The translations under genes were made by a program, and so were the position numbers. Shown here in pieces: positions 14,961 to 30,126 of a stretch of 64,000 nt of DNA; the first letter of the stretch is position 1, and the number at the start of each line of letters is the position of its first letter. Source of the DNA: Eledone cirrhosa (taxonomy: Eukaryota); assembly GCA_964016885.1 (NCBI GenBank), contig OZ024754.1, forward strand, positions 3,844,001 to 3,908,000, read 5' to 3'. The notes under the pieces were generated by a model. That model worked only from the letters and a program-made list of their open reading frames with translations, had not been told where the DNA came from and ran no database searches.

Positions 14961-15174
14961 CATCATTGGTGGTGGTGTTGGTGTTGTTGTTGTTGTTGTT
15001 GATTGTATGTTTTTCACGTCTCTTTCGTTTATTTTATTCACCGTAGTTGTTATTGTCAGTTTTGGTCTTGTTGTTGGTTTAAAGCTATACACACAGACCC
15101 ACAGGCACACACACACAGATACACACATACACAGACACACACAATCACACACACATACACACACACACACACAA

Positions 15175-15208
<34 letters not shown>

Positions 15209-15314
15209 TATTTTTTTTCTCTGTCTGTACATGCATCTGTATGTATATGCGCAAGTATATTTTGTGTATGTGCGTGTGTGTAGGAGTGTGTGCATGTGTG
15301 TATATGTGTGTGCA

Positions 15315-15347
<33 letters not shown>

Positions 15348-15694
15348 GTGTGTTTGTGTGTCCGTGTGTACGAGGCACTAATTATATTTAAAATTCATTT
15401 TGATTTCCACTTCGTTTTTCGCATCTACATTTTATTTTTCATACATTTAGCAAATCATCATATTATCAGCCAATCATCTGCTTGTCTTCTTTCCCTTCTC
15501 TATCTTTCTTACTTATTATCTTCTTTCTTCGTTATCTTGCTTTTTTTTTTATTCACCTTGTGGTTTATTTTTATTTGCTTTGTCATTCTTCTTCTTCTTC
15601 TTCTTCTTCTTCTTCTTCTTCTTCTTCTTGCAGCGTTCATATCTTGTGTCAGTGTTCCTCATTCTTTGTCGTCATACATGCATATACACACACG

Positions 15695-15733
<39 letters not shown>

Positions 15734-16227
15734 GCATGTATCCGTGCGTGAGAGCATGCATGCATTAATCCATACATACACATACACACGCACATACACA
15801 CACAAATATATATATATATATAAATATAATCTTCTCTTTTACACTGTAGGTATGACTTACATCATATCATGTCTACCTTGTTTTGCGCTCTATAACGTAC
15901 AAATAATCATAATGTATGCATATATATGCTGTCAATATTAATATACACTCACCACCCCACCTGCAACGTATACACCAACACACAAATGTATATACAAACA
16001 CATAAACATATAAACAGATATTTAGAAGGCTTTACTTTCAATGTTGCCTGTATAAAACGTTGAGTTCAGTTCTTTGCAATAACTATTGGCTAGAATCCAT
16101 TTCAACTAATTTGTTTTATTGTTGATAAGTACGTTTTATGTGTATTTTTGCTTTACCTATGTTATTTTATCCATTGTCTTTGTATATTAATGATATTAAT
16201 GATACTTTTTACTGCCCTTTTCTGGTA

Positions 16228-16245
16228 ATATATACATATATATGC

Positions 16246-16284
<39 letters not shown>

Positions 16285-16405
16285 AGTATATTATGTGTGT
16301 GTGTGTGTATGTATATATATATATATATATATAGATAGATATAGATAGATATAGGTATATATATATATATATATATAGATATAGATATATATATGTGTAT
16401 ATATA

Positions 16406-16449
<44 letters not shown>

Positions 16450-16505
16450 TATATATACGTATATATAAGTATATATGTATATATATACATATATATATGT
16501 ATATA

Positions 16506-16587
<82 letters not shown>

Positions 16588-16912
16588 TATATACATATAT
16601 ATATATATGGTGTTTTTTCGTAGGCTTCCTCTTCTTCTTTTGCTCACTTCTTTCCAATAATATTCAATAATATTCAATTTACTACGATTGTACTAAGTTT
16701 TCCTAGTTTCAGTCTAGTATATTTCCGGAAGCTTGTTTTTCAGGTTGCTTTTATCTCTCTCACTCTGATTTTGTTTTTATTGTTTTGTTACTTCTTTTAA
16801 TGTACTAATAGCTTACTTTCTCCAGCACACACTTTCACACTAATACACACACACACATGCACCCCCCCACCCCCACACACGCGCGCATATATACTATATA
16901 TATATATGTATA

Positions 16913-16987
<75 letters not shown>

Positions 16988-16988
16988 G

Positions 16989-17040
<52 letters not shown>

Positions 17041-17047
17041 AATATAC

Positions 17048-17090
<43 letters not shown>

Positions 17091-17243
17091 TACATATATA
17101 TAAATATACATATATATATACATATATATATACATATATATATATACATATATATATATATATCTATATATATATACATATATATATCTATATATATATA
17201 TATAAATATACATATATATAAATATACATATATATAAATATAC

Positions 17244-17274
<31 letters not shown>

Positions 17275-17351
17275 CATACGTATAGATATATATATGTATA
17301 TTCATATATATGTATATTTATATATATATATGTATATTTATATATATATAT

Positions 17352-17387
<36 letters not shown>

Positions 17388-17522
17388 GTATATATATATA
17401 TACGTATATATATATAAATATACATATATATATATAAATATACATATATATAAATATACATATATATATATACATATATATATATATACATATATATATA
17501 TACGTACATACATTATCCCATA

Positions 17523-17562
<40 letters not shown>

Positions 17563-17581
17563 CATTATCCCATATATATGT

Positions 17582-17676
<95 letters not shown>
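16228..17676. repeat. Long degenerate (TA)n arrays (representative of dozens in the window)
   Basis: Directly visible. Similar arrays at e.g. 35850-36880 and 45910-46470. Confidence 0.95.
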
Positions 17677-17679
<3 letters not shown>

Positions 17680-18085
17680 TCCCACACACACATCAGTGAT
17701 AGAAATAATAACATCTACTGCTATCGTACTTGAATTTTTTCAAAAAATAATACTATTTGAATCTGAATAAAATGCGAAATGTATATAGAAGATATATCAA
17801 TGAAATGGACAGCTATACAGAGACACATACAACCACGCGCACACACACATGCATATATACATGAATGCATATATATAGATGTGTGTATGTGTATATGTAC
17901 ATCTGTCTGTCTATCTCTCTGTGTGTGGATATATGTGTTTGAATATGAAAATGTATTAATCTATTATATAAATATGGTCTATTTATGATATATAGGATAA
18001 TATCTTTTCACTTCATGAAAATACAAGCACACTCTCTCTATACATACATACTGTTTTTGTGCACGTATGTGTATATATAAATTGC

Positions 18086-18125
<40 letters not shown>

Positions 18126-18304
18126 ACTATTTTGAAAATCTGGACTGTGAACAACAATTATAATCGAGTGGCTGCTATTTGCAGTATAGCAATATAAGGT
18201 TGCACTTACCAATGTAACGGTCGTAAATACCTGGATAAAATCCTTCTCTTAATGCTTACCGGTGTTTTCTCTTTTATACTATATATATATATATATATAT
18301 TTAT

Positions 18305-18391
<87 letters not shown>

Positions 18392-18684
18392 TATATCTAT
18401 ATATAGCTGTTATTTCCTGCATGGTAAATAACTACATAGGTGTTTATATTTGGCTAGTATATCTGACGTTGATCTTTCATCTGCTGTTATCGTATCAATT
18501 CTTTCTGCACTTGTTGGTGTCATTGTTAAAGCTGTTTAAGACCAGCCCTGTCTTGGCCCAGTAAATATATTGTTAAAAGCTTTCTATTCGTACTTCTTGC
18601 TCGTGTGGGATATACAGGGTTGCGCGAACGTCGCCCATCGGTAAGATAATTCTTGGTTATAATATTTTCGCATAATCATTAGGA

Positions 18685-18955
18685 CAGTGTCCAAGCCTCA
18701 GACCCGTACAGCAGCACAGACTCCTCTACAGCAACAAAGAGGCGGATCTTCAGCTCTTTACGAAGGTCCGACTTCCACACTGATCTGAAGTTGAGGCACG
18801 CCGCCCAGGCTTCGCCCCTCCTCTCGACCACATCATCTTCTATATTCCCAATCTTTGCTGCTAAATAGAGGAAATCCTCAACCAATTCTAGCGGCTTCCC
18901 GCGTGAATTAGTAATCTTCTCTGGCTTCTTAATATTCTCCACCAGATACTTCGTC
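18685..18955 (-). pseudogene. RTE-type reverse transcriptase C-terminal fragment
   Basis: ...LELVEDFLYL...WKSDLRKELKIRLFVAVEESVLLYGSEAWTL. Confidence 0.85.
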
Positions 18956-18960
18956 AGACA

Positions 18961-19343
18961 CTTGGACACTGACCAAGAAACTCACTCAAATGGTGGATGG
19001 GTGCTACACGAGAACGCTGAGGATGGCTCTGAACATTAATCAGTATACACTGAGGATGAAGAACTGAGCTGTACGGGAGCCTCCCAAATGTCAGCTCGAG
19101 AGTAGCTCAGAGGAGACTGAGGTTAGCTGGACATGCTCACATCCAGAGTTGACACTGCACTCAGTGCTCCTGTGGGAGCCCCTGCATGGACACACTGAAA
19201 GAGGAAGACCAAGGTTAACATATGTTGATGCCCTAAGGACAGTCCCTGGTCTCTTGGAGACGCCGGACATGGCAGCGATAACGAGAGACAGAGACCGCTG
19301 GAGAGAACTCGTCCATGGATCTCGGGAATTTTACTCGCCCTAG
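18961..19343 (+). pseudogene. Continuation of the same RTE ORF to its stop (frameshifted)
   Basis: WTLTKKLTQMVDGCYTRTLRMALNI...RRLRLAGH...LWEPLHGHTERGRPRLTYVD...DRDRWR. Confidence 0.85.
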
Positions 19344-20373
19344 ACATAATCATTAGGGTATTGCGTGGCTTTTGCGTCACACTATAACTTGTGTAGTTGA
19401 CGGTAATGACGTTGTTGTCGTTTATCACACAGTCTTCTCTCATTGTTTCAACCGTAACCACACCATCATTCTGTATAGTTAGTACAAGGTTCTCTTAACT
19501 TGCTTTTTGAGGGAATTTGGTTATAAGTTCTAGCAGGTATAATGGCTAGCTGAATCTTCCATGTTGTTACTTTTGTGTTAAAGCAGTAGGTCCTACTGAG
19601 CATGATCAATAATTTAACGGTACTGATGATCTTGATAAAGAATTTCAGCTAAATATCTATTGGACACTATTTCTGTTTATTCCTCACCCTAGGAAATATC
19701 TTACTGACCTAAGTACATCAAGCTTTTACTTTTTGTTCATTCTTTCAAATGTTTTGTTTAACGTATCAACATATAAGTTTTTATACCTTCGTATAAGTTT
19801 TTCCTTACAATCGAAGAGTCTATATTTTTCTCTAGCCTTTACTATTTATATTCTAAACCACCAAATATACATGTATATATTTTACTTGTATACTTCATTA
19901 TTTCCCTGTTCATTCTCGCCAATATCCAGCCTTCTTTTGCATTCTTTTTAACGTTCGCTTTACATTTTCTTTTAATTCCCAGTATTTTTCACGTAAAACT
20001 CCTCTCTGCCTTCATTACTGTTTCCTCTCTGTTCTGCTATTTATTATTCTTTTGATTTATATTTGCCGTCCTTTTTTTTCTATCATTCTCCTATTTATTT
20101 TTTTAAACACTTCGATTGTACTATAGTTCATTTTTAGATATATCAGTTTACTTTCACTTTCGATTTTACAAAGCAATCTTGTGATTCCCGTGGGCATTGT
20201 TATGTCTTCTATTTACTTGATATTTAGTTTTCATATTTATTTTAATTTTCTTGCGCTCTTGTTGTTCCAAATTTGCTTATAGAACCAGACGTAGTTCACA
20301 AGATCAATAAAGATGCGGCACAGCGTTAAACACATACACACACACATGCATATACATACATACACACCTTGTA

Positions 20374-20412
<39 letters not shown>

Positions 20413-20419
20413 TTATTTA

Positions 20420-20460
<41 letters not shown>

Positions 20461-20467
20461 TTATTTA

Positions 20468-20543
<76 letters not shown>

Positions 20544-20568
20544 TAAATACATAAATAAATATATATAT

Positions 20569-20651
<83 letters not shown>

Positions 20652-21019
20652 AAAGACCACAAAACACTATACTTTAGCCAAACAAGACAACCAAAAACGG
20701 AAATACTACAAATAAAATGTTGAATGCAGATTGCCAGAAATAAATAATTTAAGAAGTCATTTTGCAAGGTAACATAAGGCTTTATTGAAATGTTAGGGAA
20801 CGTTTCAACCCTTCTAAATATGACTATTGGAAAATATAATACACAGGTACACATGTTAGTATCTTAGAATTCTTACTGTAAAACATGGCTGATGTTTGAA
20901 CTAAGAAGATGAAGGATTTTTACTGAATGCTAGCACTGCTGTAGTCCTTCAAAATTAAAAAAAAAAGTTTAACATACATTTCATAGCGATAATTTATTCT
21001 TTAGCGATATTCATTAACT

Positions 21020-21120
21020 AAATAGGTAGCAACTGCAGGAACTGATTCATTCGAAGGAAATCATTATGATTCCCTTCGAATGAAACAGTTCTAGTCTTGT
21101 AGAAACCTTCTCTATATGAA
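21020..21120. mobile_element. Family B fold-back fragment
   Basis: gaactgattcattcgaaggaaatcat / atgattcccttcgaatgaaacagttctagtcttgtagaa. Confidence 0.65.
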
Positions 21121-21141
21121 ATTATATATATATATATATAT

Positions 21142-21258
21142 AACGAAGAAAGTGTGGTAAGGAACCAGATTACTCGATACTTTGGGTAGTAGAGTGGGTA
21201 ATAGGAAAAGGTTCAGGACCCCGAAGTCAGAGCTCAAGACGTTTCGACGGCTATTTCT
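21142..21258 (-). mobile_element. Family D copy, internally deleted
   Basis: gtggtaaggaaccag...gggtagtagagtgggtaatagg...gagctcaagacgtttcgacggcta. Confidence 0.75.
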
Positions 21259-22268
21259 ATATATACTTCTGTCTCACCCCTTCTCTCACATTTTTATAAA
21301 TGTAAACGTGGAAAGAATTTGAACGCCACGAAATTCTCGCTAACCTAGCCACCAATGTTACAACCACCATCACCACCACGAACAACAACAACAACACCAC
21401 ATTCACATACACAACTACTGCCATGCCTCGAATACTCTCACAAAATATCTCTCACTCTTCACAAGTCATTGGCCTCTTTCTTATCTCGCCACTTTCCACG
21501 CCACCGCTTCTATCTCCACTATCGCCACACCGTGTCACCAATCCGCTATCTTCAACTTACTTCGCTCTCACACACTACAGTCATATTTCAGTATTTTTCT
21601 GTAGCATTAACATCATTCCTTTCATTAGAAATGTATTGTCTCCCTTTAAAACTCATGCCTCGCGGCTGAGTGAGTGACGATACAGGAAAGTGAAGATTTT
21701 GTCGGCTTTACAGGGGGACATTTCAATCAACACACAAACCAATACACACATACAACACACGCACATAGACACATATAAACAAGCACATATACATGCACAC
21801 TCAGAAAAGCAGAAACACAAACGCACAAACACACACAGACATAACCACATGCACACAAATACACATTACTACACATCCGACTAAAAACTCGAACATAAAA
21901 TGTTTCATGAAAATATGAATTTCATGCATGAAGCTGAAATATTATCATTGAAATATGCATTCACTATCTCACCCAATGCTGCACATATGCTTATAGTACG
22001 TGTACCCGTCAAGAAATACGTCACACTCCTGTATAAACACTCAATCAAACACTCAGGCTTCATCATACAAACACAGACACACAAATGTGCAAAACGACTA
22101 AATGAAAAAATACCAATCAGTACGAAACATAGCTCTGTCAGCTTGATCTCCCCCTGTTTGCTGAAAATTTAAAGTAAGTGACTGTCACTACTCTAAAACA
22201 ATAGCATAAGGTCTTCGAAATGCTTTTAATTAAGCATACAGTATATTGCAAAATACACTATATATACA

Positions 22269-22316
<48 letters not shown>

Positions 22317-23179
22317 TACATATATATACATATACATGTATAATCACTTGAAAGATCGAATGAGACTCGGGGGAAAAAAAAAGCAACTCCCCACTTCCGT
22401 ACATAATATATGTATGAACATAAACCTATATTTATTTATAAATGAATGTACATATGAAATGAGCGTCAATATAGAACCACATAGATAAACGAAACATGCA
22501 TTTAATTAACAGTGTTTCTTTGAAGCAAAAAAAAACAACATAAAATTGGTTTACAATTCATAACAACATCGAAAATATCTTACAAAAAAAATATTGATCA
22601 TTCCTCTTGTATTAAACTGGGCGCAAGCCAATGACAACGTAGTATGGTCAAGCTCTATGTGTCCTGTTGCAGCCGGTATCTACAGCCAACTTTAATTACA
22701 TACGTTATATTCCAACTAAGCATGAACTATATTTAGTTGATGGAATAAGTGATATGAGTGTTACACTTTACAGTATTATTTCGTATAGTGTTTGCATGTT
22801 TTTTTTTGTTTTGTAGGTTGTAGGCTTTGATTCACTTATTTAATGTTTTTCTAACTGTAATAATTGTATCAGAGGAGGGAATCTATTTGTATTTTCATGT
22901 TTTATTTACTCCTCCACAAAATTTAGTAGATGGTGAAGCCTCAACACAAAGACATACACTTTTACATTAAAACGCACACACACATCACATGCAGTAAAAC
23001 ATTCAACCATATTTGACACGCAAACCTCTTAGCAGAGCTGGCCACCTATAGGTTTCTTCTATTTATCGTCCTTGGAAGAGTTGCTTCCTGTTAGATCGTA
23101 CCATCACAGCGTGTGCCAATCGAACACTCTTTTACTCTATCCCCTCTTTCGCCATCAATTCCTTTATCTATATTACTAT

Positions 23180-23470
23180 CACTCTCTGACCCACATTTTA
23201 GTAAATCAGCCTTTGCCTGAGGGTTTGCTCGTACCCTTTATATTCATCCCATACACATGACCTACAAGCTTATCATCACCAACATTCTCCACTCGTATAC
23301 ATGTGATACCATCGCTCTCTAACCATTTGCAAACAAACACCATCCACATGTAACCTTAATAACTCATGCCAAATTTGTAGATATAAACCTCGAAAACATC
23401 CTCCATTGCGGTCATGCCAATCTTGTCTCTTTCAACAGCTCAACGCCACAATCATTACATATATCTATAA
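23180..23470 (-). pseudogene. Very old RTE-like LINE fragment
   Basis: Minus frame VENVGDDKLVGHVYGMNIKGT resembles the RTE C-terminal VERMxDxRLxKxVY segment. Heavily decayed. Confidence 0.4.
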
Positions 23471-25121
23471 ATCATTATATTACTCTACATCTCTCAGCAG
23501 GAACAACACGAAAACTGGAATACTGAAGATGGCTAAAAATGTTTGGCTTTACTAATACAGAAAATACATCTTAGCGTGTACAAATACCAAACTTGGAAGA
23601 AATCTCTTTTAAAAAATGGCAAGTGTGTTTCAGTAAGGAAACATAGATATTTCATCTTGATATATGTAACTTAAATTGCTATTTATTTTTAAATTCAATT
23701 AGTCAACACAATATATTACGCATTGTAGCTCTGACGTCAATTTATTGTGAGTTCTGATGGATTTGTTGTTTAGAAAATGTATTTTTAATGTATTTCGAGA
23801 AATAATAATATCCTTTTTTTAAATATTCAACAAAACTATATTTATTGCGGTAATATATAGGTATTAGTTTGCATAAATTTAAGAAATTTGAAATTCATGA
23901 TTTTTCATGGTCATTATTGTCTTGCTTGTATGTATAGTCTAGAAAGATTCAAATACGTTCTACATTGTTGTGGCTAAATGACAATTTGGGTGTGTATAGA
24001 CACCGAACTTGTACAGATCCTGTCTTTGTAAGTCCACTTACGAGGGAAGGGTTAATCTGATGCTACAATAGAAGAAAATTATTCAAAATATTGCCCATTT
24101 GGTATTACCAGCTACAGGAATTGTTTCCTTGTGAATCGAAACTCATAACCTCGCGACTACAATGTCTATATCTGTGTTACGGTGTGATTATGTATATATG
24201 TACGCGGTGTTGTTGTACTTCTTTAATATTCTCATAATCAGGAGTGTTTAAGGTGTTTCATATATTGAAGTTTTTAAGCTGCGCGCAAACCTGACTAATT
24301 TTCGTTAGACTTTTATCAAAATGCAGCCATGGTTGTTTTTTACACATTCGAAGTATGAAAGTTTATGAAAATACATCATTAACTTAGAGAATGGATAAGT
24401 AAACTCAAATCTATTTAACTTTGCTGATTATACACTGAAGGAAGATACAATTTAGTGGAACTCCTATTATAAGTAAATATATATGTGTATGTATACGTGT
24501 GTATGAATATATGTATGTGGCTAGGTGCATGTAAGTGTGCGTGTGCATGTTTACAGTAAGTCATATAAATAGTGATATAATCACCGAAGCAACCGCAAAG
24601 AAACGAGTGACAGAAGAGGAAGAAAGGGTTGCCGGGGAGAGATGAAAAGAAAATGTAAAGATATTGCAAAGTAGACAAGTAGTGTAAGAGAGAAGGTAAA
24701 GACATGTGAAAAATAATCGAACAGTTAAGTCATACAGTTATTAAGAAAAAAGAAACGAAAAACTATTCTCTTTATTTGATGATGGAAAGAGAAATACATT
24801 AAGAAAAATAAAACTAACTGTGAAATAGAGGACATTACAGAATAAGTAAAACTTTTTTTCCAATATATTTTTGAATTAAAGCCAAATACGAAGTCATTAG
24901 AAAGAAATAAAACGAACCGTAATAAATAAATAAATAACAATAGGAATTGAAAAAAAAAACAACTTAAACACGTATTGTTGATCACAAAGGAATTGGTGAG
25001 TTAAGGTAAAATATTAAAATATTAAGTAAAAAGTAAATGTAGAAAGTAACAAATGATTCCGCGCCACAAACTAAAAATCATAGGAGGGAACAAAAGAAAA
25101 TATATAAAGATACATAATCTG

Positions 25122-25161
<40 letters not shown>

Positions 25162-25209
25162 ATATACATATGCATATATAAATAAAAATATACATATATA
25201 TATATAGGC

Positions 25210-25300
<91 letters not shown>

Positions 25301-25336
25301 ACATATACATATACAAATAAATATTATATATATATA

Positions 25337-25381
<45 letters not shown>

Positions 25382-25639
25382 ATATATGTTTATATGTGTG
25401 TAAATATTTGTGTGGTATGTGCATATACATACATACACATACAGATTGATAAATAGATAAAAGATGGGGTGGGGATATCTAAGCAGATGTATATGTGTCT
25501 ATTTTTCTTTTTATATTTCTCAAATTTATATAATATTCAAAAAGCTATATGTTTATCTACAATAATGTATGACTATCAATATCTCTTCTTCTCACCCACC
25601 TGCATTCTTTGCTAGAATATTCCTCTCTCCCTCACACGA

Positions 25640-25729
<90 letters not shown>

Positions 25730-25827
25730 CAGGTATAAATAATAGTGCATGTGAGAGTGTTTAAATTTGCAAACGTTTTTTCAACAAGTTGTATTATATA
25801 TATATATATATGCATTATGTATAAATA

Positions 25828-25865
<38 letters not shown>

Positions 25866-25931
25866 TTATGTATAAATATATATATATATTTATATATATA
25901 TATATATGCATTATGTATAAATATATATATA

Positions 25932-25999
<68 letters not shown>

Positions 26000-26246
26000 T
26001 ATATATCGCATGTTTCTATTGTGATTCTTCAAACCACTTTGCCTTTGTAATTGTCTTTAGAATGTGAGAACAATGCAAATTCTCTCCCTTGAAGAATATA
26101 TTAGGAAATGTTAAGAAAAAATAAATATGTAAATCGCAGTGATTAAAAAAAAAATGTTAAACGTGTAATCATGAGACAAAATTTCTTCAATGAAATCCTT
26201 ATCAAATGCATTGGTATTGCTAGCTGTGGTTGGGTGTGTGTAATTA

Positions 26247-26303
<57 letters not shown>

Positions 26304-26327
26304 ATATGTGTGGTGTAGTGGTGTATG

Positions 26328-26378
<51 letters not shown>

Positions 26379-27681
26379 GTACATACATATATTTATATAT
26401 GCATGTTAGTGTTAATGTTTAAAAAAACAACTTCCCTATACTTATTGAGAGCCACTAAAGTAGTATTTTTATCATTGTGTTAGAAAATTAACATGCATAG
26501 AGGCATTAACACGCATATACTGAGACACCAACAAGGATATATATATATATATATATATATATCTTAAAGTTGTGTGTGTGTGTGTCTGTGTATCTCTTAG
26601 TGGTATATCTATATCTATATATATATATTAATATAGACATTATGTGAGAAATATAAGACGTTAAATATTTTTTTTCATATTATTTCATATTAATCATTTT
26701 TTTTGCTCTCTCACCACACTCCCTCTCTACCTCACATTATATCTCCCCACATACGCTCCCCCATCTCTCCCCCTCTCTCTCTCTCTCTTTCTCTCTCTTT
26801 TCTCAAACTTAAACAAACAATAACAAATGAAAACAAAGAGAATAATCTTTTAAGACAGCCATCTTATTGATGAGATGATAACAGATATATTGTCGTACCC
26901 GAAGACTAACGAATACATAAAATCACACATACAATCACAGAATCTCTCTGATATATACATTTTTCATACATTTAGGCACACCTTACTCTAGCAGAGAACA
27001 AATATATGATATGACGTAGAATGAATTTTAAAAAAAGAGGCGGACATTTTCATTGCATCAACAACAGAACTATCAACATAATAGGAAAAGGTAAACATAT
27101 ATATTCTGAGACTACTTTGAAATAAATCTATCCTCCATTCAATAAATGATTTTAAATGATTTAATACTATTATACCATTTATCTTCTTTTTCTTCTACTT
27201 CTATTTCTCCTTCTCCTTCTTCGTCTCCTTTTTTTCTTCTTAAACTGGTGACTCGTTGGCATCTATTGATTTGGACCTGCTCAACGTTAGGATAAATAAC
27301 TGTTGTTTCCTGTACCCGTGCTTTTTGAGCCGCAGAGTGCTGGTCAGATCAGGTCCTGGTTAGGAAGAAAATACGCTCGGCCAGTGATTTTCCTGCTCGG
27401 TCACCTACGACAGCCCAGCTTCCCTCACGTCTGGATGTTGTTCAACTCCACTCTCCATATACTCAGGCCATCCTGCAAGACAGGCTTCGAAAAGAAACGC
27501 ATTTCAATGCTTGAAAGGAAACCAAGGATCAAATCTGCTATTTCTCTCCTGACGTAGGTGGCACATTATTCTCCGAATCTCGGGACAAATTTGATGAAGA
27601 TGACCAAGCAATAAGTGCCATTCTTACCACCGACAACAACAATACACACACACACACTCACATATATATATATATATATAT

Positions 27682-27875
27682 AGTTTTAATATAGATGAGA
27701 TTCTACAGGACTAGAACTGTTTCATTCATTAGAAATCATCAGGAATTCCTGATGATTTCTAATGAATGAAACAGTTCTAGTCCTGTAGAATCTCATCTAT
27801 ATTAAAACTGTTATACTCTGCTATGTATTGAGTACCTTACTTACTGTGGTTACCTCCGATTCAACCCGGAATAAC

Positions 27876-27876
<1 letters not shown>
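27682..27876 (+). mobile_element. Family B fold-back element; HHR at 27745-27791 (+), mirrored on the minus strand
   Basis: Perfect palindrome 27682-27809 centred on gaattc. attc-CTGATGA-tttctaatgaat-GAAA-cag(ttctagtc)ctg-TA-gaat. A unique tail runs to (TA)n. Confidence 0.82.
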
Positions 27877-27932
<56 letters not shown>

Positions 27933-27993
27933 CATATGTATGTGTGTTTGTCCACATATATGTTTATCTATATATTCTCTCTCTCGCTCTCTT

Positions 27994-28088
<95 letters not shown>

Positions 28089-28124
28089 GCATATGTATGT
28101 ATGTCCACATATATGTTTATGTAT

Positions 28125-28286
<162 letters not shown>

Positions 28287-29248
28287 CGTGGTTTGGAATG
28301 TTTGAGTCTCATTTACTTTCAATGTGAAACGTGCTTATTTCACACACACACACACACACACATACATACACACACACACACGCGCAGACAACACACACAC
28401 ATATATATGTATCTTTGTATGGATGTGTATGTATGTACGTAAATATGCATGCATGCCGTTCCAGTTGTGTACGCATGTGTTTTGTTTAGAATCCTGTATG
28501 AAAGAACGTGTCCTCGTGAATGTATTACTAATAACTCATGTTTTCAAAATACTTCCATTTGATGTTTAGCCCACATTTCTCCTGCTCTATATATTAGTTG
28601 ATATTTTCTGCTTGTTTATTTTCCTATTTTATTCCAATGAACTCCTCATAGACATACTATAAATAAAAAGAAAACATCATACACCCTTCTCCATACCTCA
28701 TAAAGTAACATTCAGTCCGTTTATGTTTCTATTGTAACTAAGATGGTTATGGATCCGGTTTTGGAATAACGGGGGTGGGAGCAAAAAGAAGTATGAATTG
28801 TATATATCCTAAGGGCAACGAGCTTTTCAGTCAATAGGTCAGCAGAGAGAATTAACAAAGATTTGACCTTGATTCACAAAGAGGGAATTAAGCTAATTAG
28901 AGTAAGATCGTTTTAAATAGAAATAGAATACAATTGGTAATGGGGCGGGCTTTATAGAAATATCTGGAACGACCAACTAAAGTGTTGTATGAGTGTCCTC
29001 TGATTTCAATCTCATCTGGGGTTCATTTTGCCTTTTATCTCACGACACCATTTACGCTCCCACCCATGCATACATGCACATGCTGTCAGAAAGACACAAA
29101 GATACACAGGCACATGTCTCTTGCACAAAAGCACAGGCACTCACACAGCTACAAGGGCTCACAAATACAAATAGATTCATAGATTTATGTGTAAAAGTAT
29201 ATATATATATATATATATATATCCAGTTTGTGTTGGTTAATAATACAG

Positions 29249-29294
<46 letters not shown>

Positions 29295-29415
29295 TGTTTG
29301 TATGTATGTATGTATGTATGTATGTATGTATGTATGTATGTATGTATGTATGTATGTATGTATGTATGATTACCTGTGTCAGTGTACTTCTGAGTGTGCG
29401 TCTTATTATAGGATA

Positions 29416-29525
29416 GATATGCCCTACGGTCAAGCTTAAGCCGTTTCGCTGGAAAAATATGAATTTAATCAAATGTTTGATTAATTAGACATCTCAACGC
29501 ATTAAGCTTGACCGTAGGGCATATC
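29416..29525. mobile_element. Family D-related fold-back (24-bp IR) with HHR 3' half
   Basis: gatatgccctacggtcaagcttaa / ttaagcttgaccgtagggcatatc. Minus strand reads GAAA-cgg(cttaagcttga)ccg-TA-gggc. Confidence 0.6.
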
Positions 29526-29634
29526 AAATACAATTTCCTTGTATATGGGCTTATGAGTTTTATAATAATATCAATGGTCCTAATTAGTAACACTTCATAC
29601 TTCTACATACGTACATTCATACGTACATACGTAC

Positions 29635-29700
<66 letters not shown>

Positions 29701-29971
29701 TTACATATTTTGTAGTTTCCCGAAGGTGATCGGGTGTATGTCCCTATGATTTCATTCGAATGTAACAGTTCCAGTCATCTAGAATATTATATGTGTGTGT
29801 GTGTATATATATATATATATACACACTTCACTGATTAACGATCGTTTCTAGGTGATGATAATACATCGTAACTATACTTCGTTATCGATCTATGTAAGGT
29901 TAGTTACAAAATATCAGATAAGGAGAATATTTACTTACATGCATCTCACCAGCTGTTGTCAAAAGCAAATA

Positions 29972-30019
<48 letters not shown>

Positions 30020-30047
30020 CATATATTATATATATATATATTATATG

Positions 30048-30126
<79 letters not shown>

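Larger units (their letters stand above)
18684..19344. mobile_element. RTE-clade LINE, 5'-truncated, 5'-inverted, with 13-bp TSD
   Basis: TSD cataatcattagg at 18671-18683 and 19345-19357. Inverted part 18685-~18955 (-); forward part 18961-19343 (+). Confidence 0.88.

Noticed and set aside
27250-27560. GC-richer segment, possible LINE 3' remnant
   Set aside because: I could not recover a convincing RT motif by eye.
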